64,000 nt of DNA from assembly GCF_001194135.2 (NCBI RefSeq), contig NC_068991.1:960327-1024326 (forward strand), given 5' to 3'. The stretch is from Octopus bimaculoides (Eukaryota). Numbering within the stretch: position 1 is the stretch's first letter; the number at the start of each line of letters is the position of its first letter. The notes beneath the pieces are model-generated. The model was not told the DNA's origin, did not search any database, and saw only the letters and a program-made list of their open reading frames with translations. Position numbers and translations under genes: made by a program. Of the stretch, positions 1-13,132 are shown piece after piece.

Positions 1-89
1 AAACCAAAAATCAAGAAAAATAAAAGGAAGGAAGCTAAATGGGGAGGGGGAGGAATGAAAGAATGAAATTGATACAGAACTCGAAAAAC

Positions 90-570
<481 letters not shown>

Positions 571-950
571 CTTCATGCTTCAACATTATCCATAAATTCT
601 CTTTTTCTTTTTACGTAAAACATATTTTGTCAACCGATCAAGGCAGGTTTGGCTCTATTATAACTTTCCTGGTGAGATCCAATAGACCGAAATATTACCA
701 TGATTATCCCCCTTATCTTGATCAGGCATTCACCTAAACCAGAGATTCTCAGACAGGCGCTGTGCCAGCCCCAAAGAGGGGCACTGGGCATGTGGAACGA
801 GGCGTTAGACTTTAAGGGGCGGTGAGGAGGGTGGTGAGGTAACAGTAGAGGCTACAGTACAAGACACTTGCCCAAGGTGTCACGCAGTGGGATTGAACCT
901 GGAACCATGTGGTTGGTAAGCATTTACTTATCATACAGCCGTATGCGTGT

Positions 951-1013
<63 letters not shown>

Positions 1014-1606
1014 NNNNNNNNNNNNNNNNNNNNNNNNNNNNNNNNNNNNNNNNNNNNNNNNNNNNNNNNNNNNNNNNNNNNNNNNNNNNNNNNNNNNNNN
1101 NNNNNNNNNNNNNNNNNNNNNNNNNNNNNNNNNNNNNNNNNNNNNNNNNNNNNNNNNNNNNNNNNNNNNNNNNNNNNNNNNNNNNNNNNNNNNNNNNNNN
1201 NNNNNNNNNNNNNNNNNNNNNNNNNNNNNNNNNNNNNNNNNNNNNNNNNNNNNNNNNNNNNNNNNNNNNNNNNNNNNNNNNNNNNNNNNNNNNNNNNNNN
1301 NNNNNNNNNNNNNNNNNNNNNNNNNNNNNNNNNNNNNNNNNNNNNNNNNNNNNNNNNNNNNNNNNNNNNNNNNNNNNNNNNNNNNNNNNNNNNNNNNNNN
1401 NNNNNNNNNNNNNNNNNNNNNNNNNNNNNNNNNNNNNNNNNNNNNNNNNNNNNNNNNNNNNNNNNNNNNNNNNNNNNNNNNNNNNNNNNNNNNNNNNNNN
1501 NNNNNNNNNNNNNNNNNNNNNNNNNNNNNNNNNNNNNNNNNNNNNNNNNNNNNNNNNNNNNNNNNNNNNNNNNNNNNNNNNNNNNNNNNNNNNNNNGTAT
1601 GCGTGT

Positions 1607-1667
<61 letters not shown>

Positions 1668-3767
1668 CATGCATGCATACATACATACATACTACATACA
1701 TACATACGTATTTTCATGCACACACATACGTACGTACATACACGCACATACATACACATGCATATATGCATACTTACATGCAAACATACACACATATATA
1801 CACACACACACATACACACATACATACATATCTGCATGCATACACATGTTCATGCATACATATATACATATGTACACGCATTCACTCACACGTGTGCGTG
1901 CACGTGTGTGTGTGTGCGTACACGTATGTGTGTGCGTACACGTGTGTGTGTGTGTGTGGGGGGGGGGTTGTTCTGCAGGTAATTCTGCGTAAACCAGTGG
2001 CTCAGACAGTTTCCCCTTCCAAACTGCATCCGGGCTTTTTGGTCGTCTGCCAAGAGGATCCCATTTAACTCGGATGAACCCCTTCTCGCACCTGCTCTCA
2101 CCACCACTCCTGCCACCACAGTGCAGTTGGAAGTATCGCTCACCAAGTTTACATACGCCATATTTGTAACGTGTTTTACNNNNNNNNNNNNNNNNNNNNN
2201 NNNNNNNNNNNNNNNNNNNNNNNNNNNNNNNNNNNNNNNNNNNNNNNNNNNNNNNNNNNNNNNNNNNNNNNNNNNNNNNNNNNNNNNNNNNNNNNNNNNN
2301 NNNNNNNNNNNNNNNNNNNNNNNNNNNNNNNNNNNNNNNNNNNNNNNNNNNNNNNNNNNNNNNNNNNNNNNNNNNNNNNNNNNNNNNNNNNNNNNNNNNN
2401 NNNNNNNNNNNNNNNNNNNNNNNNNNNNNNNNNNNNNNNNNNNNNNNNNNNNNNNNNNNNNNNNNNNNNNNNNNNNNNNNNNNNNNNNNNNNNNNNNNNN
2501 NNNNNNNNNNNNNNNNNNNNNNNNNNNNNNNNNNNNNNNNNNNNNNNNNNNNNNNNNNNNNNNNNNNNNNNNATATATATATATATAAATTGTATAAACG
2601 TAATACTGAAACTACGTCGAGATTATTTTGGGAGGAATACGTTGATCATAGTTTCACTCGGCCAGGCTTGACCTAGGCCCAAACAACAAGTACAACAAAT
2701 GAATTAGTTGCTGAGATTCCGATGTAAATGATATCACAGATAATAAACCCCAATTTGAGACATAAAAGAGAGAAACGGAAAGCAAGCCAACGCACCAGGC
2801 CTCCGCCTGTTTATATTGCTTGCTGGGCGATCATCTTTTATATCTTGAAACTGCATACTGTGTCTGCTATTAGAAATGTTTTATTTTATCTTCACGGCTT
2901 CATTTATCAGTTTTAATTCACCAGTCCTAATTCATCAATCATTTAGCACTAGCAGGATAAGTTATTCGACTATTGTACAATATTGCAAGGTCTGCCATCT
3001 TGGTTCGATGTTTTTTTTTTTACGTGAAATACCTGCATGAATCGAATGCAGTGACTTAATTGTTGAGTTTTTAGTTTTATGAATGATACTAAGCATTAAA
3101 AGTATCAATTCGAGACAGACAGGAGAAACAGGTTTATAATCTGAAACTGTGGTTGTTCAGTGTCTCAGATATCGTTCAAAAGAAAAAAACTATTAGCTTT
3201 CTTTCTTTCTTTCTATATATATATATATATATATATNNNNNNNNNNNNNNNNNNNNNNNNNNNNNNNNNNNNNNNNNNNNNNNNNNNNNNNNNNNNNNNN
3301 NNNNNNNNNNNNNNNNNNNNNNNNNNNNNNNNNNNNNNNNNNNNNNNNNNNNNNNNNNNNNNNNNNNNNNNNNNNNNNNNNNNNNNNNNNNNNNNNNNNN
3401 NNNNNNNNNNNNNNNNNNNNNNNNNNNNNNNNNNNNNNNNNNNNNNNNNNNNNNNNNNNNNNNNNNNNNNNNNNNNNNNNNNNNNNNNNNNNNNNNNNNN
3501 NNNNNNNNNNNNNNNNNNNNNNNNNNNNNNNNNNNNNNNNNNNNNNNNNNNNNNNNNNNNTTACAGCTGTTTCTGCTACAAGATGCAAACTCAGAGCTGA
3601 ATGTTTGTGCATCATCTTATAGCTTCCTCAGAGCTTCTAAAAACTTGCGCATGTTTATTTGGGGAAAAGATTTAAATACTGTTGCACGTATATTGAGTTC
3701 TAGCAACTGGTTATTATTATCACTCTGCCTGTATACACACACACACACACGTATGTATGTATGTATG

Positions 3768-3798
<31 letters not shown>

Positions 3799-4678
3799 TA
3801 ATAATAAGCAGTTGAAGTGCTGTAAATCTGTGTCTTTCTTTTGATGAAAGGGTGTGTTTTAAGAGAGATTTAGCTGGTATTTGTAGAAGGTCAAGTTACC
3901 ATAAGCACACCTGTTTGTGTGTGTGTGTGCTTTGTTGTGATGAAAAAAATTGTTTTTTCAGAATATTTTGCATAATAATTCTTTAAGAAATTTGTGCATC
4001 TTTCTTACTGCTAACCATTCAACTTCAAATTACAATTGTTAATTGTTGGAAGTCAAGTAGACTCAGATGTGCATAAAGTGTTATCGTATAGATTGGAGAT
4101 TCAATACGAAGTTTTGAACTCATCATCTTGTGGTTAGTAATCCATTGCCTTAAATTTGAAGCCATTAAGTCTTTAAACATCATTTTACTGGGTTTAGTCT
4201 CTCAACTGTCGCCATGATGGGGGGATCACCTTCAAAAATTTAATTGATCATACTTGACCTCACTAAGAATTTCAATCTGGCATTTATTTTATAGAACTCT
4301 GCTTGATGAACTGCTAAGCTTGAGACATATGTAAACACACAAACACACATATTAGGGGCAAGAATGATTGTGCGGTTGAGACGTTTTCTTCCCAACTACA
4401 TGGTTCCACTTTCGGTCCCTCTGCATGGTACCTTTGGCTAGTGTTTTCTACTATAGCCCTAGGCCAACCACAGACTTGTGACTGAATTTGGTCGACGGAA
4501 ACTGCAGGAAATAACCGAAAAACATGTTTATAAAGAAGAGTTGTTTGCTTCATACTCCTCGTATTCCGATTCTGCTCATAAGAACAAATAATAGAACGTG
4601 GCTGTAAGTCGTAACACCCTGGCAACGCCGGGGTGCATTGCTTGTATGTGCGTGTGCGTTTGCGTGTGTGTGTGTGTG

Positions 4679-4713
<35 letters not shown>

Positions 4714-5337
4714 ATATATATGCGCATACATATCAGAAGAAAGAGTTATTAATAAGGTATTGATAATCATGAACGAATCCAAAATGAATATCAGAAACAG
4801 CTGTGAGTCTGTAATGCGCAAGTATATGTACAAAGCCCGTTATTTATGCCTTTTTCTTATGTATGCATGCATGCATGCATGTCATTGTTCAGTTTTATTT
4901 CAAGATTTCTTGCCAATAGAGAAAGAGCCGGTTTCGAACCTAGATCCAAGGGTTCTTCATTGAAATTTTAACACCACCAACAAGGTATCTTTGTTTGTAT
5001 GTATGTATGTATGTATGCGCGTGTGTGTGTATGTGTGTAGGTGTGTGTGTATTTGTGCATATGCACTTGTATACTTGATTAAACAACAACAGTGTAATAA
5101 GGGCAACATGTGGGGTACAAAGAAAATAGTGGTCACATGTTTTAGCAAAAAGTTATAGATAAAATGGAACTGTTGTGAAGAATAAAGATTCGACGTTTCG
5201 GATATTTGTCATTCTTCCGTAACTGTGGTATTCGCCTCTGTATTATTTCTCTCCGAAGAAGGTGAATAACGTTGGATAAGGAATGACATACAGGAGTATT
5301 TTGTGGTACACTATGCAGATTGGTACAGTTAGATAAC

Positions 5338-5383
<46 letters not shown>

Positions 5384-5436
5384 CTGATGATGGTGATGAT
5401 GATGATGACGTTGTTGATTATGATGATGATGATAAT

Positions 5437-5470
<34 letters not shown>

Positions 5471-5592
5471 GTAAAGGGCTGGTAGAAAAGTTATATACTT
5501 TAAGCGTTCATATATATTTTTATATGTATTTTTGTATGTATGTATGTATGTATGTATGTATGTATGTATGTATGTATGTGTGTATGTATGTA

Positions 5593-5673
<81 letters not shown>

Positions 5674-8074
5674 GTATTTATGTATGCATGTATATATACA
5701 TGTGTGCGTGTGTGCTTATATATATATATATATATATGTTTAGTTACCAAAGTCTCTACCGAAATTGCAATTTCCCAAGTGTGAACATAATTCTTGATTA
5801 ACAGGAATTAAATATACGCTCCAGAACATTTCTAAAAATATTTCTGAGGAATTTCTCTGAAATTCTCCGCAGGACGATCATTAGGATTCAGTTTAAACTG
5901 GAAAATTAAAAAAAAGGAAAAACATCAAAGAAATGGAAACGAAATTAAAATTAATTGAAAGACAAAAAAACGATTTCAAAGAAGAATACGAATGGGAAGG
6001 AATAAATAAAGGATAGGTCGGTTAATGGCATCACGTTTAAGAGATGGAATAATAACTTTGTTAACTGGAATCGTTATAGAAATATATGTGAGTTCGTGTC
6101 CCAAGGACAACCTTCGACGTTTTTTTTTTCATCCAAAAAGAATTTATCAATTCATATTCATAGCTTTGTGCTTCGAGATCCACTATACCGGAAAAAAAAG
6201 GAATTATTTCACACTCTCTCGAAGGTTTATAAAATTCTTATGCCATCAGCAATGTGTGTCTGTGTATGGTGAGAAAGATACTCATACAGGCCAATAGGTG
6301 AATTAATCCCAACCTATGCAGTTGATAATCCATTATCCGAGATGCTTATGGACAGAAGCATTTTGTATTCGAAAGGATTGTAAATTTGCATCTTTAAACG
6401 GGTACCAAGACTAAAACAACTGTACGAAGCAGCTAAACGTCACATCCGCTTTTTAATTTTGGGTTTTACCTCACATCTATAAACACTCGTCTTACGAGGA
6501 TAACGAAAAAGAATAAAAGAAATATGAAAAGAAAAGGAAAACTTGGCCATTCCACGATGCAGCAGCATAAGTTCTTTAACTTAGATTTATGGAGTTGGAC
6601 AGAAAACAAAGAGAGAAGTCAGAGATTACAACATCGGAATGTAATCACCTGAATTTGAAACATGAACCTTATGCGTTATACTATTATGTTGCACAACCAT
6701 TATGTCTCTTGCACGTTCATTTCAAGAGCAGGCTGTTCCGTTGATTGGACCAGCTGGAATACTCATCGTCGTAGCCGACGGAGTGCCAGTTAATCAATAA
6801 TTAATATTGATTTTCCTTGCCAAGTAATTAATTTTTATTAACTTCATAATGTTCCTTCTATTAAATACATTGACACTAAATGAATTACTGGATTAACACA
6901 TTGCAACAACCGCCCCATATCGCGTGCTTAAGACGGGTCACAGTTATCCCGATTTTGCGGAGGAAATCTGCAGAAAAACCTCAAGTCTCGATGGCGACCG
7001 GCACAAACTGATAACCGCCAGTCAAGCTCCTCCTTTCTTTTATATTTCTCTTGTCTGCATTTCGGGCGGCGATATCCGGGTTTGCCACCGATGCAGCAAT
7101 GTTGGAGTCGGAAAATTTGTCGCAGCATGTCGCGACAAATTAGAATGATAAGCTCTCACAAGACGAATGACTTAGGAATACTTTTGCTACTGATGGGTAA
7201 CATCAGGAAATATGGCAGATATACAAGAATTATAAATCAACTTCCATCAATTTTTTTTCATGCTTAAAGAAAATTATGACAGGAATACTTATTATCATAA
7301 GAAAAATATTCATTATCTGAAAACGAAATTAAATAAATCTTATTTCTCATTTGTATAACTCCTCCAACAACGACTATTACTTACTCCCCCTCCTCTTTGC
7401 GTATGGTTCCTTCTCTCTTACAGTGTGTACTCACTGCTTGTCACCAAGCCTAGTATGTGCACTTTAGCCTGCATTCTCTCTTTCTTTTACCCCACTCTCT
7501 CCGTTCTCTATACGATGTAAAGTGTGATTGGGAAAACCAGCCAACCAACCAGCCAACCAGTTGTTTTTATTGTTGTTAGTTGACGTATATGGATTTTTTC
7601 ATTAACGAATAATAATTTCTAATTATCTTTTTGCTGATCGATGCATTTTATGAATTGATAGGTGGCGGTTGGTAATGAAGGTACAGTATTGTGATTCTGT
7701 GAAATACAATATGATAGAATGGAATGGAAAACAAAGACGAAATGGAAACAAAAGAAAGAAAAAAAAAGGATAGAAAAAATGGTTTAGAAATGAATTGGCT
7801 CTGATTTCGGTAGAGGCACAACGATTCCGAGGTGAAAGGATAAAGCGATTCCAGTACTTCGTAGATATTTAATTTTAACGATCCCGAAAGAATAAAAATC
7901 GATGTTGACCTCAGCGAGATTTGAACTCGGAGACAAAACAAATGATGCAAATAAATAAATCGCTGCTGTTTCTGACGATTCTGCCATCTTCGCCGGCGGA
8001 GGATTAATCGAATAACGGGGAAATGAGTTGGAGAAATGATTGGGAAAGGAAAGAGAGAGCGAGAGAGAAGGAGC

Positions 8075-8112
<38 letters not shown>

Positions 8113-9393
8113 GAGCGAGAGAGAGAGAGAGCGAGAGAGAGAGAGAGGGGGGATAGGGGGAGCTAGAGAGGGTGGGAGAGAAAGGAAAACAAGAAATGAT
8201 ATAATTCAACAGTAATGAACTGAGTAGAAAACCGGAACCGGAAACATAGGTATAATATATAAACAAGAAATAAAAAGAAAGCGGTTAGCTGGAAGTGAAA
8301 CTAGCTTTTGGAAACGAGGCTGGCAAATTGTGAGGCTGAAAAGAACGCGTTGCGCTTCTGCGTGCGCGCGTGAGTGTATTGATTTATTTTTCTTTGGTCG
8401 GAGAGAACAATTGAGGGGAGAAGCAGGGATTTAATCATAATAGGAGAGAGAATAAAGGAGAGGCGGTAGGAGAGAGAGAGGGAGAGAGAGAGAGCGAGAG
8501 AGAGAGAGAGGTGGGGGTAGAGAAAGAGTTTAAAGAGAGGGTGAAGAGAGAAGGAAGTAATGTAGTTTAGAGAGAGAGAGAGAGAGAGAGAGATAAAGTG
8601 GAGTGGGATGAATAAAGAGAAGAGGGGGTAGTAAAGGTTATTTATGGAGAGGGAGAGAGAGAGAGAGAGAGAGGAAGGAAGGAAGTTGTTGTAGAGCAAT
8701 ATTTAGACGCGATGTCGAGTTGTTTAGCACCAGGTCAATCCTGGTCGAATAGATTAATGATTAATGATTGCTTGACATTAATGATTGAAGCCGCTTCAGC
8801 TATGACTATCATCTCTTTCAAGGTATATGAAAAACTGCATTATCGAATGTGTCACTTTCCCAAGAAAGAAGACTCGACTACTATTTCTAGCAAGACGACG
8901 GCGATGTCGAGGATACTTCCTGAAAGTGGCATCTTGAGGCGGAGGCGTATTGAAGTGAGGTGTACGGAAGTGTAGTGAGTTGTGGTGCATCATGGGTATA
9001 TTGTGATCCGGTGTGACTGGTTGTCGTATGGCATTAGCAGTGGTCACGTGTCAGCTTCACTCTCATTAAACATTGACTTGAGTTGCTGATAGAAATGGTA
9101 AACCACAGTTAGACAACTACGTTTACATGTGATGCGCACAAGACACACACACACACGCACCTGTGTGAGAGCACGTATGTATAACAAAGACGAATAGGGG
9201 TGTATTAAATACCATACAAAATAAATTTTTGATTTATTGAAATTATTTCTGCTTCCAGAGAAGATAGAACAATGGTGACAAGTATGACCAACTCCAAAAG
9301 AAGAGAGGACATAATTCCAACAATCAAGAATTCTTCAAAAGTAATATGCGATTAAAGAAAAGACAGACTGAGTATCTGAGAATAAGAGGAGAG

Positions 9394-9436
9394 CCGTGGA
9401 CACGTATTTCTCTCTCGTTAGGCATCATCAGCACAT
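9394..9436 (-). ncRNA. Second, more degenerate copy of the same hammerhead family
   Basis: augug CUGAUGA ugccu-aacg-agaga GAAAU acgu GUC cacgg. Core intact; helix II has two mismatches. Confidence 0.55.
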
Positions 9437-9706
9437 CAGTTGGCATAACCGGTCTCCCCCTATACCAAGTCATAGAACAACGAGAAACTCATCCACCCTG
9501 TAAAAACACCACAAAACTCACACCGCTCATATTGTCCACTACAAGGACTAACTGCACTCTGGCTGTGAGATGGATGAAGATGTCTTTTTAAAAATCTCAG
9601 AAAACAGAACGCAGCATACACTACACCTAACCACAAACTCGTGGCTAGAATATATTACAAGAATTTCAAATTTTGGTACAAGGCCAGCAAGTTCAGAGAG
9701 GGCGGA

Positions 9707-9873
9707 AGTCGATTACATCGACCCCAGTATACAACTGGTACTTCTTTTATCGACCCCCAAAAGGATGAAAGGCAAAGTCGATCTCGGCGGAATTTGCACT
9801 CAGAACGTAAAAGCAGTCGAAATGCCGCTAAGCATTTTGGCCAGTGTGCGAACGACTCTGCCAGTTCACCGAC
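9707..9873 (-). mobile_element. SINE family A copy
   Basis: Reverse complement of the 37387 consensus. Confidence 0.8.
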
Positions 9874-9876
9874 TTC

Positions 9877-9918
<42 letters not shown>

Positions 9919-9920
<2 letters not shown>

Positions 9921-10295
9921 CAGGCAAAAAAATATCTAAGTGAATTCCGAATACAAAAAATTTCAGAATTAGACGTACTAGAAACAAGCGCAGAAAAAGG
10001 TAAGCACGTGAAAATCCGTACCTTTGATATTCTGACTGATAAATGGCAAGAAAAACCTCTCAATGGCAAATACCCAAAGAGAGCGAATAATGCCGATGTT
10101 GACAAAGCCCTTACCCATCAATGGCTAATGGCTTCTGGCTTTAAATCAGAAACGGAAGGGTTTATCATAGCAGCCCAAGATCAATACCTACCTACAAGGA
10201 ACTACCAGGCCAACATATTAAAGAACGGCAGCTTCCCAATATGTCGTGTATGTCAACAACAAAATGAAACCATTGATCATGTTGTCTCCATGTGC
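9919..10295 (+). mobile_element. Dong/R4-clade LINE fragment (C-terminal zinc knuckle region)
   Basis: KPLNGKYPKR...QWLMASGFKSETEGFIIAAQDQYLPTRNY...CRVCQQQNETIDHVVSMC. Confidence 0.85.
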
Positions 10296-11199
10296 AAACC
10301 CGAATTGCTGCTGTGTGGTTTCGAGTTCAGTTCTATTGCGCACAATCTTGGGCAGGTTTCTTCTACTATAGCCCTGGACTGTGAATGAATTTGGTAGACA
10401 GAAACTGTGAGGAAGCCTATCGTGTATGTGTGTATTTTGTTGGTCCTCCCACACTGCTTTACAACTGGTCTTGATTGTTTATGTCCCCCGTAACTTAGCG
10501 GTTCGGTCAAAAACCGATAGAATAAATACAAGACTTTAAAAAAAGTAAGTACTGGGTTTGATTCGTTCGACTAAATTCTTGAAGGCGGTGCCTCAGCATG
10601 GCCATAGCCCACTGACTGAAACAAGTGAAAGATAAAAGATATGCGCGTGGAATACATGCTACATTGATTATTGACAAAATACTTTTGGTCAATAAACTTC
10701 GACCAGAACGTAACCTGACGAGATACGTGTTGCGTTTCAAAAATTGTACATCAAAAGTATGTTGCATGTCTGTTATGTTGATGTTGTCCTCGTCCGTTTC
10801 ACGTTTTATTCACTTCTTTCCCGAAACAGTAAAACATATTTTTGTTTTAATTAATTTCTTTATAAAACTTGTGGAAAAGTTAATTAAAAAAAACAGGCAA
10901 ATAATGGCAAAATTAACCTAAGTATATGACAATGCTTACGTTTCAGTACAGGAAGTTGTCTTCAGTACAGGAAGTTGTCTTCAGCACTGCCTTTATTTAT
11001 AGAGAAATCCATGCGGCTTGTGATTCAAACAGTTTAAAATATTTCAGCGTCTAGAAGATGTGACATAATTACTAAATGTCAATTAAAATTAACTCCATTT
11101 GAGAAGGTGAGATAATCTCAAGATTTAAGAATTCTCCAAAGTTGACTGACGTACCATTAAGGAAAAGGGCGTGCTTATTGTGTGGAGATAAAAAGACAG

Positions 11200-11242
11200 C
11201 CATGGACACGTGTTTCTGCCTCAGTAGCCATCATCAGCACAG
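11200..11242 (-). ncRNA. Type I hammerhead ribozyme motif, catalytic core intact
   Basis: Minus strand reads cugug CUGAUGA uggcu-acug-aggca GAAAC acgu GUC caugg. Helix I has 5 bp (2 GU), helix II has 4 of 5 bp, and helix III is short with a palindromic ACGU loop. Confidence 0.75.
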
Positions 11243-11442
11243 AAATTGCCTGACCTTGTCTCTGGTGGTCAAAGGACCTGGGTAATTTGCATAAAGAACT
11301 TGAAGTGAGAAATATGAAAGTCAAAAGTCGAAAAAATATATATATTCTGTTTCATCTGTAAGTTCTTAGCTGAAGAGCCTACGACCAAAACAGATTATTT
11401 TAGTGCCCCCCACCCCCGGTTATGGATTAAGTGCATCTGTAT

Positions 11443-11537
<95 letters not shown>

Positions 11538-11711
11538 TGCTCGCTCGCGCTCGGAAGTCAGGACGGAAACTGTTACAACCGATTCTAAATTATGAAAAGT
11601 AGCAAGAATATATTGCCCAAATCGCAAAACAAAATAAACCGCAAAAGGTCTTACCTTATATATGTAGACACACACACAAAATGGCGATGTATATACGTGT
11701 TCCATTTGTCT

Positions 11712-12020
11712 CTAGCCACGTTTGTGAATCGTGTCATCGCCGTCATTGCCGTCATCAGCCGATGCTTTCGTCGGTTTCATCGCTATGAGATTTGGATTCC
11801 AGAATTTGTAGTAATAAATCGACATAACCAACGACAGCAAACATACCATGATCACATAGATGAAAACCACCAGGATTTTACCGATCATTTCGGAGTATTT
11901 CGTCTGTTTTTCGGGTGTCACTTTCGAAGGTATTTCTGGTTCGTTCGAATCAACATCATTCGTTTCTTCTGTTCTGTCCTGCACTGAACGAGCGCGTAAT
12001 TCTGTATCGTCGGTCGACAT
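11712..12020 (-). CDS. inaF: InaF-motif-containing small single-pass membrane protein (102 aa; TRP-channel regulator family)
   Basis: ATG at 12020, TAG at 11712. KILVVFIYVIMVCLLSLVMSIYYYKFWNP matches the InaF motif pattern (RLxTVxAYxxSVSxxAxxLxxYYxxxWxP). Acidic flanks. Minus-strand acceptor ttcttcAG at 12041-12040, 19 nt upstream of the ATG. Confidence 0.8.
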   Translation of the reverse strand: MSTDDTELRARSVQDRTEETNDVDSNEPEIPSKVTPEKQTKYSEMIGKILVVFIYVIMVCLLSLVMSIYYYKFWNPNLIAMKPTKASADDGNDGDDTIHKRG

Positions 12021-13132
12021 ATTGGATTTATTTTAATGTCTGAAGAACCAGCAATATTATCAATATATATATATATTTGTACACGTATATTATATTGTAT
12101 TATGAAGTATGTTATGTACAATGTTGTATTGTTCACTATTGCATTGTATTGTTACAATACAATGTTATATGGCATCATATTGTAATGTGTTGTATTTCGA
12201 CACTTGATGTTTATGTCATGCAATAAGACTGTTGGCTCTGATGCAGTTAGGAAGTGTTGTTTTGCCAGATACTCTACACTCCGTACTGTGTATGTAATAT
12301 ACTGAGTCCAAGTTATATATATCTCGTCTTCTATTGATGTTATATCTTCAACTAAATCGACTTTACATCGATAAACAACAACAACAACCACCACCACCGC
12401 AATAAACTTAAATAGTGTGTGAACACTGACGACATGTGTTGGGAACAGACTGCAGTCAAAGACACTCGATAATAACAACAACAGCAATAATAATAATAAT
12501 GATGATCGCTTCTTGGCGACTACCACGGCATTAATTGCTAATACCACCACCACCACCACCACCACCATCATCATCACCACAGTCATATCAAGGACGACAT
12601 ATTGTTTATATTGAATTTTGCAAGAAAAGTAAAAGGTACACTCGTTTAGATTTCTTTTGAAAATAGTCTTAATTTAATGATGACGACGACGACGACGATG
12701 ATGATGATGATGCTGCTGATGATGATGACGACGTTGATAATTACACACACACACACACACACACAATGTATATGTTTGTGTGTGTGTATGTGTGTGTGTG
12801 AGAGAGAGAGAGACAAACGGCAACAGCTGTTAAGTGTTTGCGAATGTTTTCTTCAAACGACCTTCAAAGGTGAGAACCATGTAAAACTGTGAACACTGCG
12901 TAGGATCGACCAAGTGTTTCTAGAAGCAATCGATATTATGTCATTAATGGCAGCCATAGGTGAGGATGGCCTGGGAACTATTGGAGGCGTTTTAGGAAGA
13001 CAATATGAATCATTTCTTTTGCTGTTCTTTGATGTCCAGAATTAGGAAGGACACCCAGAATGTCTTTGGCCTAGAAGTGTGTCAAGGGCATTGGCTTAGG
13101 ACCAGGAGGGTTCAGGAGGTGCAAACACTTAC

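Noticed and set aside
1975-2179. Unique-looking stretch with two open minus frames and a plus-strand acceptor
   Set aside because: No recognisable motif, truncated by a gap, and several frames open over only ~200 nt is unremarkable.
9570-10388. 272-aa plus-strand ORF
   Set aside because: A chance chimaera of a SINE, (AAT)n, a Dong LINE fragment and a second SINE.
11366-11395. CUGAAGA gccuacgacc AAAAC, a hammerhead-like string on the + strand
   Set aside because: G12 is absent, helix II is poor and there is no helix I.
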